Source: Yuukianura sp. NJ FZ-2021 (lineage: Eukaryota). From it: a stretch of DNA of 64,000 nucleotides. The notes under the pieces are model-generated. The model was not told where the DNA came from. It saw only the letters and a list, made by a program, of their open reading frames with translations, and ran no database searches. The stretch lies in contig CM102283.1 of the NCBI GenBank assembly GCA_046563655.1, forward strand, positions 8,060,001-8,124,000, read 5' to 3'. A program made the translations under genes and the position numbers. This document shows positions 11,101 to 23,181 of the stretch, in pieces; positions within the stretch are counted from its first letter, which is position 1; every line of letters starts with the position of its first letter.

Positions 11101-14100
11101 CCACCTTTCATCATTATAACCTCACTGTTCGCTTCATACCAAAAATAAAACAACTAAAGATCAGTTTTAAATGTGAAACTTCAAACAGAAAAGCCTAAGC
11201 AAAACCTTTCCAAAATTTCGAAATCCCACAAAATTACTAATTTTTTAATCAAAGTCACAAGAGTTCAACAACTTTGTGTGTTTTTGATTTTCCCCGAAAC
11301 GCAGTTTGACATTTCCAAAATTCGATTTTTGTGATCTCGACTCAGGAAATGAAAGAAATAAACCAATTTACGGAAATCAATGAAATCCAAATTCGTATAA
11401 ATTTCAAACCTTTTGCCGACAAAGGAAAATGTCATAACTTTTTGGTTTCATATACAAAAACACAAGTCAAATTACTCAAAGAATTGACTAAAAAAATTAA
11501 TAAACAAATATGTCCATACTTGTCCATAATTTCTTGTCAACAAAAATTCGTTCTAAGCACGAACACGATGCTCCAAAACTATTCTATTATTCACAATTTT
11601 CTGTTCACTACATAAGCAAACTTTTAACCAAAAAAAAAACGAACCTAAACAACACAACCATGTTACAAAAATGCCAATTTTTGCAATTTTTTAACAAAAA
11701 TTTTAACACAAAAGTCCTGATGCGGGCGTTCACTCCAAAATGAGAGCCCCGCCCTCGTCTAATGCATCTGCACTCAGCAATAAAATCTCTCAAAAAATTT
11801 TTCCAAAAGTAAAAGTATAATATGAGTTTTCGAAAATTCCTTACACGTCCTTTGCTACGTCCATTTTCGTTTTTCAAAATTTCACTTTAGATGAAGAGAA
11901 ATGTATTGTCGTAGTTAAGGATTTTTTCCCAAAATTTCCTCTTTTCACAACTTCCAAACGAATTACACCACTTGAATTTTTTCTTCCGATTGAATTTGTC
12001 GAATACTCTCAACCTTTTTGTTTGTTATTTACTGTACTTGACAAGCCTAAAGTAAATCCACTCCTGGATTGCGTCAGCAGTAAGATGTGCTTCGTTAGGT
12101 TTTGAATGTAGAAGGAAATGAGTCCTGTTAAAAGGAGCAATTAAAGTGCTACTGTAAGTAGTGCAGTCTGATCTTGTGCTGGAGAGTAGTAGGAAGTGAT
12201 GAAATAAAAATGAAGTTGAGATCAGAGCTTCCAGAACAGTGCAGAAGAATGGTAGTTGCCGCGGAGAAAGGTTCCTATCGACTAAAAACACATTCCCCCT
12301 CCCTTTCTCCTGATGAACACCAAAGTAAAAGGGAAAAAACACAGAGAAAGCAGAACACTTTCTCTCCAGCTCCCAAAACTCATAGTTACTCCCTCCGTCC
12401 CTTGTGTACGAGTTCTTGATGGGGCTTTGCCTAAGCCCAATTCCAGTAGTAGTGCTGAACTTTTTCCCTACTCCCACATTACATACCTACACAACATATC
12501 TAATCCTATTCACATGCAAACTACATATAACAAATGTACATGTACGTACTACGTATATTATACACATTCAGGTACATATGTACATAGTACATTCACCTAA
12601 ATACATAATATTCACATACATGCATATCAAACATTGACGTACATACTACATAGTCGTAGTTGCACAATGGTAGCATGCATTCACATATGTACTACATTCA
12701 TAGTAGTACATACAGAGCACGTTCACCATACATAAATGTTATGTTATACATGTAATCTACTATAGCACACTCACATACATGCTATGTTATACACGTTATG
12801 TAAGTGCACATGCATAACTTAACAGAAGGAAAATTGAGATAGAAGCACTTAGAATTGAACTGGAGAAAGCTAATGCCAAATCCATTCCAAAACATCTCTA
12901 TCTGCAAACTTGTACGGAATCTATTATTCAACTTTCTCCAGCATCAACCACACAATCAATCACAATTTAGTGAAAGTCGTCCACGCTGTGCTTTCTCCAT
13001 TCAGAATTTAGATTTCAAATCCAACACTCCCATTCTAATTATATTTGTTATTTACATAAAAGCCAATCTCCCAAAAAAGGAAATGCACTTCAATTGATTC
13101 ATTTTCTCTCCCAAAGTTAATTCCACGGATAAGATTTCATGAAAATAGAAATTTAATCTCTGCGAATCGAATGAACAGGAAGAGGAGGTTTTAATAGGAT
13201 TTCTTGGCTCCATTTTCCAATAAGCACAAGATGAAGCTCCTTTACAAACGAATTCAACCAAACAGCGGAGAGAAGAGAAGCTGAAAATCAATTCTATTCT
13301 GAGTGCTAAATCACTAAAGCCTTTTGCTTTCTCCTTTTGTCCTTAAGCAAAAGGAAGTTAGTATGTAGGAGGGTCTTTGCCAAATCCCAATCTACATTAT
13401 AACACATTAGTTTCCCCTAATATCATCTTTACAAAAACGAAAAAAGAAAGTTGGCTCCGCGTGCCAAAAAAAAAGTTCAGAGACGGAGTCGGATAATAAT
13501 GACCATTTTAGTGACATGTAACCAAAGAAAGTTTTAAAAAAACGAACAAAAAATAAGATAGAAAACGAAGAAAAAAGAGACTTTTCTTTTTTCCAATTTG
13601 GAACAAAGTTCAAAATGGAGCGTTTCTCTGTCAAAAAAGACAAGAAAACTTAGTGCCACTCCTTTTTTTAAGTACAAAAATTTTTTTGTAACTTCAGAGA
13701 TCATGTTCTAGAATGTTGTAAAACTTGATGAAGTGACATTTTATGACTCATCTCATTCTGTCGACCGGACAGTGACAGAACAGACTGGTAACCTCAAAAC
13801 TTGAAATCAAAAACTTGCATTTTCACACCAAATCCGAAATTTTCGAAATCCCAAACACTCCCGCATTACTTTTCCATTTCCTGATCACCCTAACTTTCAC
13901 TTTTCCAAAAACCATAGCTAAAAAATCCTCATTTGTCTGAAACTGGTGCGGAATAAGCTCGATACGGAAAGCTTTCATTTCTATTCATGCCAAAAGATGA
14001 TAGTGGAAAAGCGTTTTCATAAATCTCCTCAAAAGATGAATAAAAGTACAAATTGCAAAAGAGAAAGTCCATTTCCTTGCTTTCCCTTACAAGATTTCTG

Positions 14101-17100
14101 GACGGCTATTTCAAAAAAACCGAAAAAAAGAAGAAGTGGTGCAGAAAGAAGATGTACATGAAACTTTTATTGTATGGAAACTCCCCATACACATGATGAC
14201 GTGCCCAAGTTGGAGACGCAGAGGACGAGGTCGGGCGGTAGTGGTGGGCTGCTGGAGAAGAAATTTCCAGCTTCTGGATCAACCGAAAGCGTTGCTTCTG
14301 AAAAACGAACTCTGCTTTCTTCTCAAAAACGTCAATTCTGCGTCTGCGCCGTTCACACCAAGTATCGATTCTCGTTGGATTCACACATACGGAAAGCCCA
14401 GGAAAAACCTTAAGTCGCACCACTTTCTCCCCAAATTCCTTCGTTTTCCTTAAAACTAAACTTTTCCTACAAAACTGAACCCAGACACAGAGATATTTCA
14501 TCTGCCCAATTCCCTTTTCTACTCAATTCTACTGCGTTGAAATTCTCACCATGAACAAAAGTCATCTTCACTGAATCAAAAAACGAAAACTTTTTGGAAA
14601 ACCCAACTTCTAAGTAAACTTCGCCAGCTGAGTAAAGAATTGAAACAGTCTGTGCCTCTGCATGACCTCCACAGTCCATCTTCTTCCAAAACAAACCGAT
14701 TTCTCTCCTAAACCAAACAATCACAAAAACCAGAAACAATCAGTTACAAACTCACAAAAGAAAATTTCTCACGGAAAGACTGAAATAAACGGAAATGCGC
14801 CTCAAACTGTAATATCTTCGTCTTTTCCTTCCTATACACTCCTGCCTGCTTCTCATACAGATTGAACAATCTTTTGATCTGCTTCAGATCGAACCTGAAA
14901 AGAGTTCAAATGTTCAAAAAAAATGTCGTCAAAGAAGAAAACTTTGGAATTCATTTAAAAAAACGTCTTCCCAAAACGCCATTCGATTCTCATCTATCAT
15001 CATTTCAAAGTTTCCAGCAAGACAGGATAAAGCTCAAACGTTTCTGCTTTTGACAAGCACTTTGGCCGCAAGGAATAAAAAGAAAGTCGTCGCTTCTGAG
15101 AAGGAATTTTGCAAAATTCCTTCGTTTGAAGTTCAACTTGTGGAACCTACTGAACAAAAAAAAACATAACAAGTAGAAATGAAATGAATAATATGAATTC
15201 CTTTTCACGAGAAATCCAGGAGAAAATGGAAGAAACCAAGCCAAATCGACTTCCTCTCTCCACTTTCTACGTCCATGGACCAAATAATGACAGAGAAAGT
15301 TCAGAATTTGGAACACACACTAAAACTTCCTTTTCACTCCATTCCCACTCAGAAATTCGGTGACTCAAACTCAAATTCTCGTCTGGAGAAGTCTGAGTCT
15401 GGAAAATAAAAGTTCTAGACGAAGAAATCTCCCGCTTCCAGAAAGGAATTTGAACTTAAGTCCTCATTCTCCTTGTAACTGCATTGGAAAATGGCTCTTG
15501 AGAGTCTTTTGTCCACCATTTTCAATCTCTCTAATCGTCATCATCATCGCTCAACTTAAGCTCAATTCCTATTTTCAAATTAACAAAGCCCTCTTCTGAC
15601 ACGGACAGTTCAAGGTCGTGCGCTTCTTTTAGTAAAATAGAAGTGCTAAACACTTTATGCCCTCAAAGGCTCTCCGCCACTTTCAAAAACTGGCGGGAGA
15701 CTTTTTTCCAAGTACTAAGTTAAGAAACGTTCTATCAAAGTACTTTTGGTAAGAAACACTCCATCAAAGTTACTTTTGACAAGAGCAGCTCAAGATCAAC
15801 AAAACAATCGAGTTTGCACTCCAGCAGAACACTGCTTGTCCATAAAATCTTTGACATTTTGGACATCTTAAACAATCTGTCATTCCTTGACACCAAAAAT
15901 CTAAAAAACCACTTGAACAAAACGACAACAAACAAATACAAAATGTAAGATGACAAAGTAAAATAAATTAAAATCATAAGCAAATATTTTAAGAAGCATA
16001 AAAAGCTACTTACAATGGAGCTGATGTCACGGCTGTTCCAATTTCTGAAAAAGTTTCCTCAATTTTGTGTACTCTAATAAATTCCAATCCCGACACCAGC
16101 AAAATAAAGGCAACAGTTTTACAAATGAAGAAGGCGCGAAAAACGTTGTTCAAAAATCACAGCAAAACCAAGAAGGAACCATAAAAAAAATAAAAACAAA
16201 ATAAATTAAAAATGAAGCTGCGATAATTGTCGTCGATTAATTGAGGAAACACATCGTTATCCAATTTCCGCACAAGATAATTGATCCCGCGGATAAATGG
16301 ATACACGAAGGAGCTATCGATCTAATTTATGGCCGTTTGGTTAGCGTGACTCGGATAACGTGGTGTCCGGCACGTATTAAATTTTTAGTTAACTTACGCA
16401 GTCGATTCTCGGACGTTTTTGATTCCTTGGCCCATATCACTCGTAAATGATCCCCATGCGGTCACTCCTAGTTTCCGTTTGAGCTCGTGTGCTCTTCTCG
16501 TCTTGGAGGTGAGCACCTAAAAATCAGAAAATCAAAATTTGAGTTCAATTTATGAAAAAAATTAACTTTTACTGTGTTTCCTTTTGTTTTTTTTATGTTA
16601 ACTGACCTGCTTCAAGGTTTGAATTTCTTCTTCAACTTGGTTAAGTTCGGCTTGCCACTCTTGTCTCGCGGCTTCCAGCTCCTCAGCGGACATGCCAATT
16701 TCAATCGGCGACCCAATGTCATTGAATGAACTAGATTGACTCATGCCTCCGAAAGCTTGCGGTTCTAAAATGTCAAAAAAAACACCAATTAGTATGAAAT
16801 TTACAAAATTTTAACCTAATTTATAAAACTAGAAGAAGTTGGTCCACCTTGCCCCTCCTGTCCTAACGTCAAAAACTTTTTGAAATGAGATGCACTGACA
16901 CGAGCCGTATATGGCTTGTCAAAATTGTGATACATCACACGCATATTGCGTAACTTTCGTTTTCTCTTTCCAACAAGGTCCTTAACACTATCAGCGATTT
17001 TTTTAGCCGCCGATTTAGCATCACCCAACTTTGTCCTGACTTGACATGCTGCTGACGCTGACCCCTCATCTCCCGATCCATTGCCTAATTCTAGCTCAAC

Positions 17101-18652
17101 TGAAACGTTTTCTTCACTGTGGTCACCAACTCCTGAATCTGTATGCGGTGGATCACTAAAATTTAAGGACCCAGTGCCACCCGAAGTGATGTCAAAAAAC
17201 TCTAGATCGGATCCGGAAGACGAACAGTCGTCAAAGTCATCTTCGTCACTTGTGTTCACACTGAATTCAAAATCTTCCAGAACGAATTCCGTGCAAGTGA
17301 TGTCCGGATCCGGTTCTTCAATGATTCTCAGTGATCCGACTAAATCTGGCAGTGGATCTTCCAAGTATTCATCTTTGTTGTGGATTGTACCGGCAGAAGA
17401 CAAATCGTTGTTGTTCACTTGATCTTCAATTTTAAATCCAACCGAGGAGGAGCCCATCTTCCAGAACTGTCAACTGCCCGGATCCAATGACACTCCAAAC
17501 AAGCTAAACAACAAACTGAGCACTCGATTAATTCAGGATACTAATTTGAAGTTTCCAGTTAGCCAAGAGACACACTTGGGAGCCATATTGTGTACTCTCC
17601 AGCTCTGAATTTGTAACGCACCGAGCCATAAAGCTACCCCACAAACACTGAAGTTTGATGTCATGACGGGTGTCATTAACATTGGAGGAAAACAATGTGC
17701 CTGATGAAATTACACGACATGACGTGGAGAAACGCACGACAGAAACAAATGAACCTGAAGGACAACGGCAATAATAATGATTATGCTATGAACTTGAGAC
17801 GAACAGCGGTTAATCATTAATCCCTGGAGATGGAAACCAAGGTGATTCGGAAGCTTGAGCGTAGAATCCAGGCTCCATAACAGTAAAATTGTAGATAAGT
17901 TTCGCTTGTAGGACACTAAGTAGTTGGTAAATTGACAGCAGCTAGGATTTGCCTAGCATTATCTGCACTGATAAAAGCTTGAGTAAGGTAATGTAACAGT
18001 AATGGCGAACAACTGACAACAATAGAAGAGAAACTCAATGGATTTCAATGTGAGTACGTAGTCATAAGCAAAGAGTTGAAGTAGTAAAGATGAGGGAAAT
18101 CTGCAACAACGGTTCTTTGGGTGATCAAACCTTAAATTGCCTTATAACGTATAACAAGAACCATCGTTTCACACAAAATTCCTCTACGCTACTACGCTTT
18201 CGAGACACATTCATCCCCCATCTTTGCAAAAAAAAATGAGATAAACGGTAGTTATTCCCACTGTAAACGAATGTGGCTGTGGCAGTGCTACAGGCGCAGT
18301 CGAACTTGTCGAGTCAGTTTTGATGGAAAATTCAACAATTAAAACGAGATGAAAGCTGCTAATCATCCTGCTTTGGATTGTTTGGTTGTCACCTATGGTG
18401 TGGGCCGAGTACTTGTAAAAACTAATCAAGGAAATGCATGTTATGAATGTGAACCTTGGATATGACATCACGCCGTATTCATTAGTTATTTTCCTAATTA
18501 ACTGTACATTTGCTGTCTTGTCAATCAACAATGAATCAAAATCTGCGACGATAAGGAATCTGCGAAATGGGATGAGGAGCAAACCATGTGAAGGATTCAA
18601 AAGAAAATTGGAATGTCAACTCACCAGTTCCAGAAGGAGATTTAAGGCTCAT
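8105..18652 (-). CDS. Tumor protein D52 family (TPD52/D54-like) coiled-coil protein
   Basis: Exons: 18652-18625 (MSLKSPSGT, GTGAGT donor), 16764-16607 (EWQAELNQVEEEIQTLKQ), 16516-16398 (VLTSKTRRAHELKRKLGVTAW), 16073-16014 (60-nt symmetric cassette), 9050-8888 (YQKT...IGALKNTDSFRSMEERV) and 8257-8105. These carry the TPD52 signature motifs. Confidence 0.9.
12480..12820. repeat. Low-complexity TACA/CATA/ATGT-rich tract in the TPD52 intron
   Basis: Dense degenerate ACAT/TACA/ATGTA units, e.g. acatatgtacatagtac. Confidence 0.6.
16816..17457 (-). CDS. Acidic, Ser-rich 213-aa ORF inside TPD52 intron 1; probably an alternative first coding exon
   Basis: ATG-initiated 642-bp open frame on the same strand as TPD52. 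A phase-1 donor (CAA G|GTGGAC at 16848) would join in frame to the exon at 16764. Confidence 0.55.
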   Translation of the reverse strand: MGSSSVGFKIEDQVNNNDLSSAGTIHNKDEYLEDPLPDLVGSLRIIEEPDPDITCTEFVLEDFEFSVNTSDEDDFDDCSSSGSDLEFFDITSGGTGSLNFSDPPHTDSGVGDHSEENVSVELELGNGSGDEGSASAACQVRTKLGDAKSAAKKIADSVKDLVGKRKRKLRNMRVMYHNFDKPYTARVSASHFKKFLTLGQEGQGGPTSSSFIN

Positions 18653-20273
18653 CTTGAATTAATTTACGGGCGGCACACTTAAGCGCAAAGGCAACGTTGA
18701 CTTGGCCGGTGAAATAGCTAAGGAGCTACGACGTCTGACAACTTCAGTGACAACGTCACCCGGTTTCGATTTATTAGTTTGACTTTTGATGAGTAGAGCT
18801 GATCAGCTGATCCAAGTGCCTAAAGCGACAGATATTGGGTTATTGACCTCACGGTGGAACGTAGTTGATGACATTTCTAAATATTTATGATAATGAGTTA
18901 ATTACTAGCTTACCAATCCAGTGACGTCGCTTTCAAAGTTGATTCACCTGTAATTACCGTTAGAATATCTTTGATTACAGAAAAATACGATACAAATGTC
19001 AAACCATCCGGACGAGTAGAAAAGAACAAACTTTTAATTATACAAGAGAGGGATGACTCACCGACAACAAGCCAGAGACGGGAGGCAGACGGCAACAACG
19101 CAGGGGGCCAAAAAGAACACGAATTCTGAAAAAATACTGCAATTCTAGGCTATAATTTCTATGTCGTGCGAAAAATGGTGCAAAAAAATTGATGATCTTG
19201 CTACCGATGATGATTCGATGTTCGAGCAAAACCGCAAAGGCACTACAAGATGATACAACTGTCATAAGTTATACTAAAATCCCTGCTGTCAATCAGTCCA
19301 ATTTTCCAGACAGTCCTCGATACGCTATCTGAAAGAGGTAGCATTGAAACTACTGAAATTCTAAAGTATAATTTGCATCGGACGTCGGCAGATGGGAGAA
19401 ATGATGCTAAATTCCATTGCTAAAAACCTATACTGAAATGCACGATTAGATGTCGGCATTAATAGTTCGCCTCAACATTTACTCGCCTCAACAATAGTCG
19501 TACTCAACATAAACGATATAACACTCGCCTTACAATCACTAGTTTTGATCTCGTTTTTAAACGATGGTATATTCAAATCTAGAAAAAGAACTTCAGTTGG
19601 TAACTCTATGCTACATACATATAAATACACATTGCCTGGATATTCATAACGTTTAAAATGAAATCAACGCTTAAATGACAGTGGCAGGCAGATCCAAAAA
19701 TGATTGGAGGACTGAGCTGTATGATAAATGCCGATGCCGACGTACGTTGAATTTTTTTCACTGATGGTACTACATAGTTTTGGGGGCTCGGTCGTATTCA
19801 TCGCGGACTGTTTTTGGTAAGTGTTTTATAAACAGCATAACATCTTTTTAGGCTCTGTGTTCATTGAAAGTTGCGAAATTCCATCTTCTGAAGTACTCTT
19901 GATGGTAGTAGTCTCTCCTCTGGTCCTACAGTTTATATTTAATCCAGTCAGATAAGAGTTTGGGTAAACAAGTACTTGGCGAAAGGATCACAAACAGAAA
20001 CTGTCGCTCGGGCTCACTGTCTCGTTTGTTCGTGGGGTTTCGATTAGTCTGGTAATCCACGCACCCGTCTACTGTCGTATCGATGTAAGACACAACAGGA
20101 TATAAATGCCGGTTGACTCTTATCGTTTATCTGACATACTTTCTTTTCTTCTGATTCAGTAGCTTTGTACTCCTCGACGACTTTACGTCAACCCAGGCAG
20201 ACGAAAGGAAAAGACTACCGGATTCGACATTGCCGAAACATACTTAACCTTGAATCTGCGGGATCACCCATAA

Positions 20274-22477
20274 ATGTCTTTGTATAAGAACTCTGGACCA
20301 GTAATCAAGCGCGTCGTTGGAGGAATAGCGGATACTTATCTTCAGCTGAAGAAACTTGATTTCCGACCAGTCAAGAGAGTTTCATTCAAGTTCGATCCGT
20401 TTTATCCAAACATAAGTCAGTTCCGGGATTTAGTCTTCTATCTGTCTGCAACCAAGTACCGAGAAACGAATCCGAAGTGCGTGTTCAAAACCGACATTGT
20501 CTCAGATCTGTCTGACCCAGAACTCGTCTGTAAATTGGGTAAGCGAAATCTCAAATTCATGGCTTCAATTCAATTAACTTACACAAAAACAATGTAGCAA
20601 GTTTGTTGTCGATTCAAAATGTATCTCCAGGCATATCTCTCTCCCGTCCCCGAGTCTCTCTAATCTCCACGATATCTTAACTTCGTTGTTATTAGTAACT
20701 GAAACTTTAATTTGTTCAAACACTGATTGTTACACTTGATTGATAGACTGAATACGTGGCCAGACCTGACCCAAGGAAAGGCAAACGACGAAGTTAAGAT
20801 GCCGAACTCTTTGGAGAAATCCGCACAGGATAAGAAAGACTTGGAACGGTTCTCAAAGTTTTTTGCCCATAAAGTGGTCCAAGTGATTGTACAGTCAAGA
20901 CTAGGAGAGAAGATTCGGTGCAACTCGAGATCAACGAGTTACTCTAACGATTGGTTCAACTTGTGCATTGAAGACAATCCAGAAGTCCTGAAACATACGA
21001 AGGCCGCACTTGGTACGAATTCCCTTCCGTCTCCTCCGCTCTTGGTCGAGATCAGTTTGAAACCAGCAGACTCCGATCATCTACCAATTGAGCTTTGGAA
21101 TTTGCATTTCGATGAGCTCGAAGTGGAAAACGTCCGGATTTTGTTTGCAGTGTACAACCGAATGTCGTTGTTACTGAAATCGCTTATTTCAGTGTCCCGT
21201 GTTGTGCCAGCCTACAAGTACAGTAGAATGAAGGGCAGTGACTACCAGATTCTTTACAATGTCATGTCCGGTGACCCAGACTATCATCGGCTTGGAAGGG
21301 AATGCAAAATCATCAAGTTGGGCTCCGTTGGAACTCCATTTGGAACTATTCGGCTCGAGTTTGGGTACAGGACGAAGATGGCTCTGAGTATCGAATCTCG
21401 TCCGATGAATCCGGTGCTTATGAAGTCCAATCACTACTCTGTTGATGACTCCGTCAATGGCCCAGACTCCCAAGATCCGTTCAAACCAATACCATTGCCT
21501 AAGATTCCAGCATTTTCGGATCCACTTACTCTGCCATCAGATGAACTTGATCCACTGGATATTCCTTTTGGAAACCTTCTACGACGGTCGTCAATTCATG
21601 CCAAAAGTCCACGGGATGAATCACCCCAGTTGGTTATTGATGAACAAGAAGTTTCTTCGTCAACAAGTGACAGCGATCCAAATACTTCTGGAGATGGTGC
21701 TGACAAGTATCAGTTTGTGACCATTTCAAAGCCTATCCCATTTGCTCCAGCACCCGATCCAGCATCGGATCCAGCCAGTTTCTTCTCGACTCTTCAAAAT
21801 CCACCGCCGTTGGACAGCTTCAACGCCCTGAGACAAACTCCGACGATTGAAATTGAGAAGCAAATGGAAGCCTTTGAAGAAAACCTAACCGTCTTTGATG
21901 ACTTTGTGAACAGCCTATGCTCCAGTTTAGAAGACTAAACAAGCAAAAGTGACAACGACGACTCGTCACGGGCCACTCGAGACATGATGGAGAGAGATGT
22001 GACTGGAGATAGCAGATCAAATGCATAAATAACGAAAACTAACTTGTGAAAACTAAAGTTTTCGGAATAACCAAATTTACTACTTATTTTTATGATCAGA
22101 TTCAATTGATCCCGCTTTGACCGCTTGTGTGCTAATCATAAACTCAAAGAATGATAAAAATTGCAAATGTCTATTGTCTATTAGAGTGATACATCTTTCT
22201 GGAATTGGGATATGATATTAAATAAATTGTCAACACGTTGAACTTTTCAAAAAATGGCGGTGAAAATTTTTGAGTTTTAGTCAATAATCGATTTGGAATT
22301 TCAATCACTTTGTTTTTTCTTTTTTCAGAAAACGGAACTCAGCTTGTCTTCAAAGCGAAGAATCTAACGACACTTGAAATTTTGGAGCGATTTAACAAAA
22401 TTGTGCTGCCGCTACTGCCACCGGAACCTAGTGAAGGAGCCGTCATTCCCAAGACGAAGAGTCAGAAAAAACGTTAA
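20274..22477 (+). CDS. mRpL53: 39S mitochondrial ribosomal protein L53, about 137 aa, 2 exons
   Basis: Exon 1 20274-20538 (LKKLDFRPVKRVSFKFDPF...ETNPKCVFKTDIVSDLSDP; donor G|GTAAG). Exon 2 22329-22477 (ENGTQLVFKAKNLTTLEILERFN). The phase-1 junction gives a complete L53-type protein. Confidence 0.88.
20799..21938 (+). CDS. Atg13: Autophagy-related protein 13, intronless, 379 aa, nested in the mRpL53 intron
   Basis: N-terminal HORMA domain (DLERFSKFFAHKVVQVIVQSRLG...DWFNL...YNRMSLLLKSLISVSRVVPAYKYSR), a disordered middle, a LIR-like YQFVTI and the C-terminal FDDFVNSL Atg1/ULK-binding motif. AATAAA at 22221. Confidence 0.93.
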   Translation: MPNSLEKSAQDKKDLERFSKFFAHKVVQVIVQSRLGEKIRCNSRSTSYSNDWFNLCIEDNPEVLKHTKAALGTNSLPSPPLLVEISLKPADSDHLPIELWNLHFDELEVENVRILFAVYNRMSLLLKSLISVSRVVPAYKYSRMKGSDYQILYNVMSGDPDYHRLGRECKIIKLGSVGTPFGTIRLEFGYRTKMALSIESRPMNPVLMKSNHYSVDDSVNGPDSQDPFKPIPLPKIPAFSDPLTLPSDELDPLDIPFGNLLRRSSIHAKSPRDESPQLVIDEQEVSSSTSDSDPNTSGDGADKYQFVTISKPIPFAPAPDPASDPASFFSTLQNPPPLDSFNALRQTPTIEIEKQMEAFEENLTVFDDFVNSLCSSLED

Positions 22478-22647
22478 TCAGCGATCCACGACGCTGCAAC
22501 AGCATCTCATTTTCTAAATTTTAAAGAACTTGTTCAGGTTAGTTGAACATTTTTAAAAATACTTTCAAGTTTCAAATGCTTACACTCGGTTTTATGATCT
22601 GTCATCTCATGCCTTCTATCTTTTCTGTTTAGCTGAAATTGTTGGTG

Positions 22648-22839
22648 ATGGTGGCCGAAGGGATCAAGGGTGGTGGGGCCTTGGAGGCGGTTAACCACAT
22701 TTACGAACAATTTCCAGCATTTACGGACATTTTTGATGAAGAGACGTTCTACATCTTTGCTTTCTGCTTTACTCTTGCAACTATCCTGCTGGCCTTCATT
22801 GCCTCACGATTCATTACCATCAAGCCATGTTGTGACTGA
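22648..22839 (+). CDS. Small single-pass membrane protein, 63 aa
   Basis: MVAEGIKGGGALEAVNHIYEQFPAFTDIFDEETFYIFAFCFTLATILLAFIASRFITIKPCCD has one TM helix. It is preceded by an intron 22538-22632 and followed by AATAAA at 22941. Confidence 0.75.
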   Translation: MVAEGIKGGGALEAVNHIYEQFPAFTDIFDEETFYIFAFCFTLATILLAFIASRFITIKPCCD

Positions 22840-23181
22840 ACCTTGGGGTTAATGACCTTTGATCTTTTGTTAATCGATGTGTTGACACTTAAGTTTAGAA
22901 TTTTCACATGCACATAACAAAGTAGTCAACAAAGATGTAGAATAAACAGCAGGAAGTAGTTGTGTCAACATTTTGTCCACTTTTAAAATTACCGCCATGC
23001 CACGCCCCGATATTAGATTGCTCTTTTACATTTTTCATGGTGGACATAATTTGATCAACATGTTTTTTCCGTGTTTTCTGTTTTTATTTGTTATTTTGAT
23101 TGGTTGACAGTTTTGTGATGAGGTTATTTCATTGACTAGACAAAAAGTTTGACGTTTTGACGTATTTTGGCTTATGAGGAC

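Noticed and set aside
9431-15983. Many 60-150 aa ORFs in the 7-kb TPD52 intron (e.g. 12025-12477 and 14106-14501)
   Set aside because: No recognisable domains, no consistent splice chain and no transposase or RT motifs; treated as non-coding, although an unrecognised nested or decayed gene cannot be excluded.
20727-20798. N-terminal extension of the Atg13 ORF in the ORF track
   Set aside because: It begins at a TTG within intron-like sequence; the first ATG (20799) matches the expected start just before the HORMA domain.
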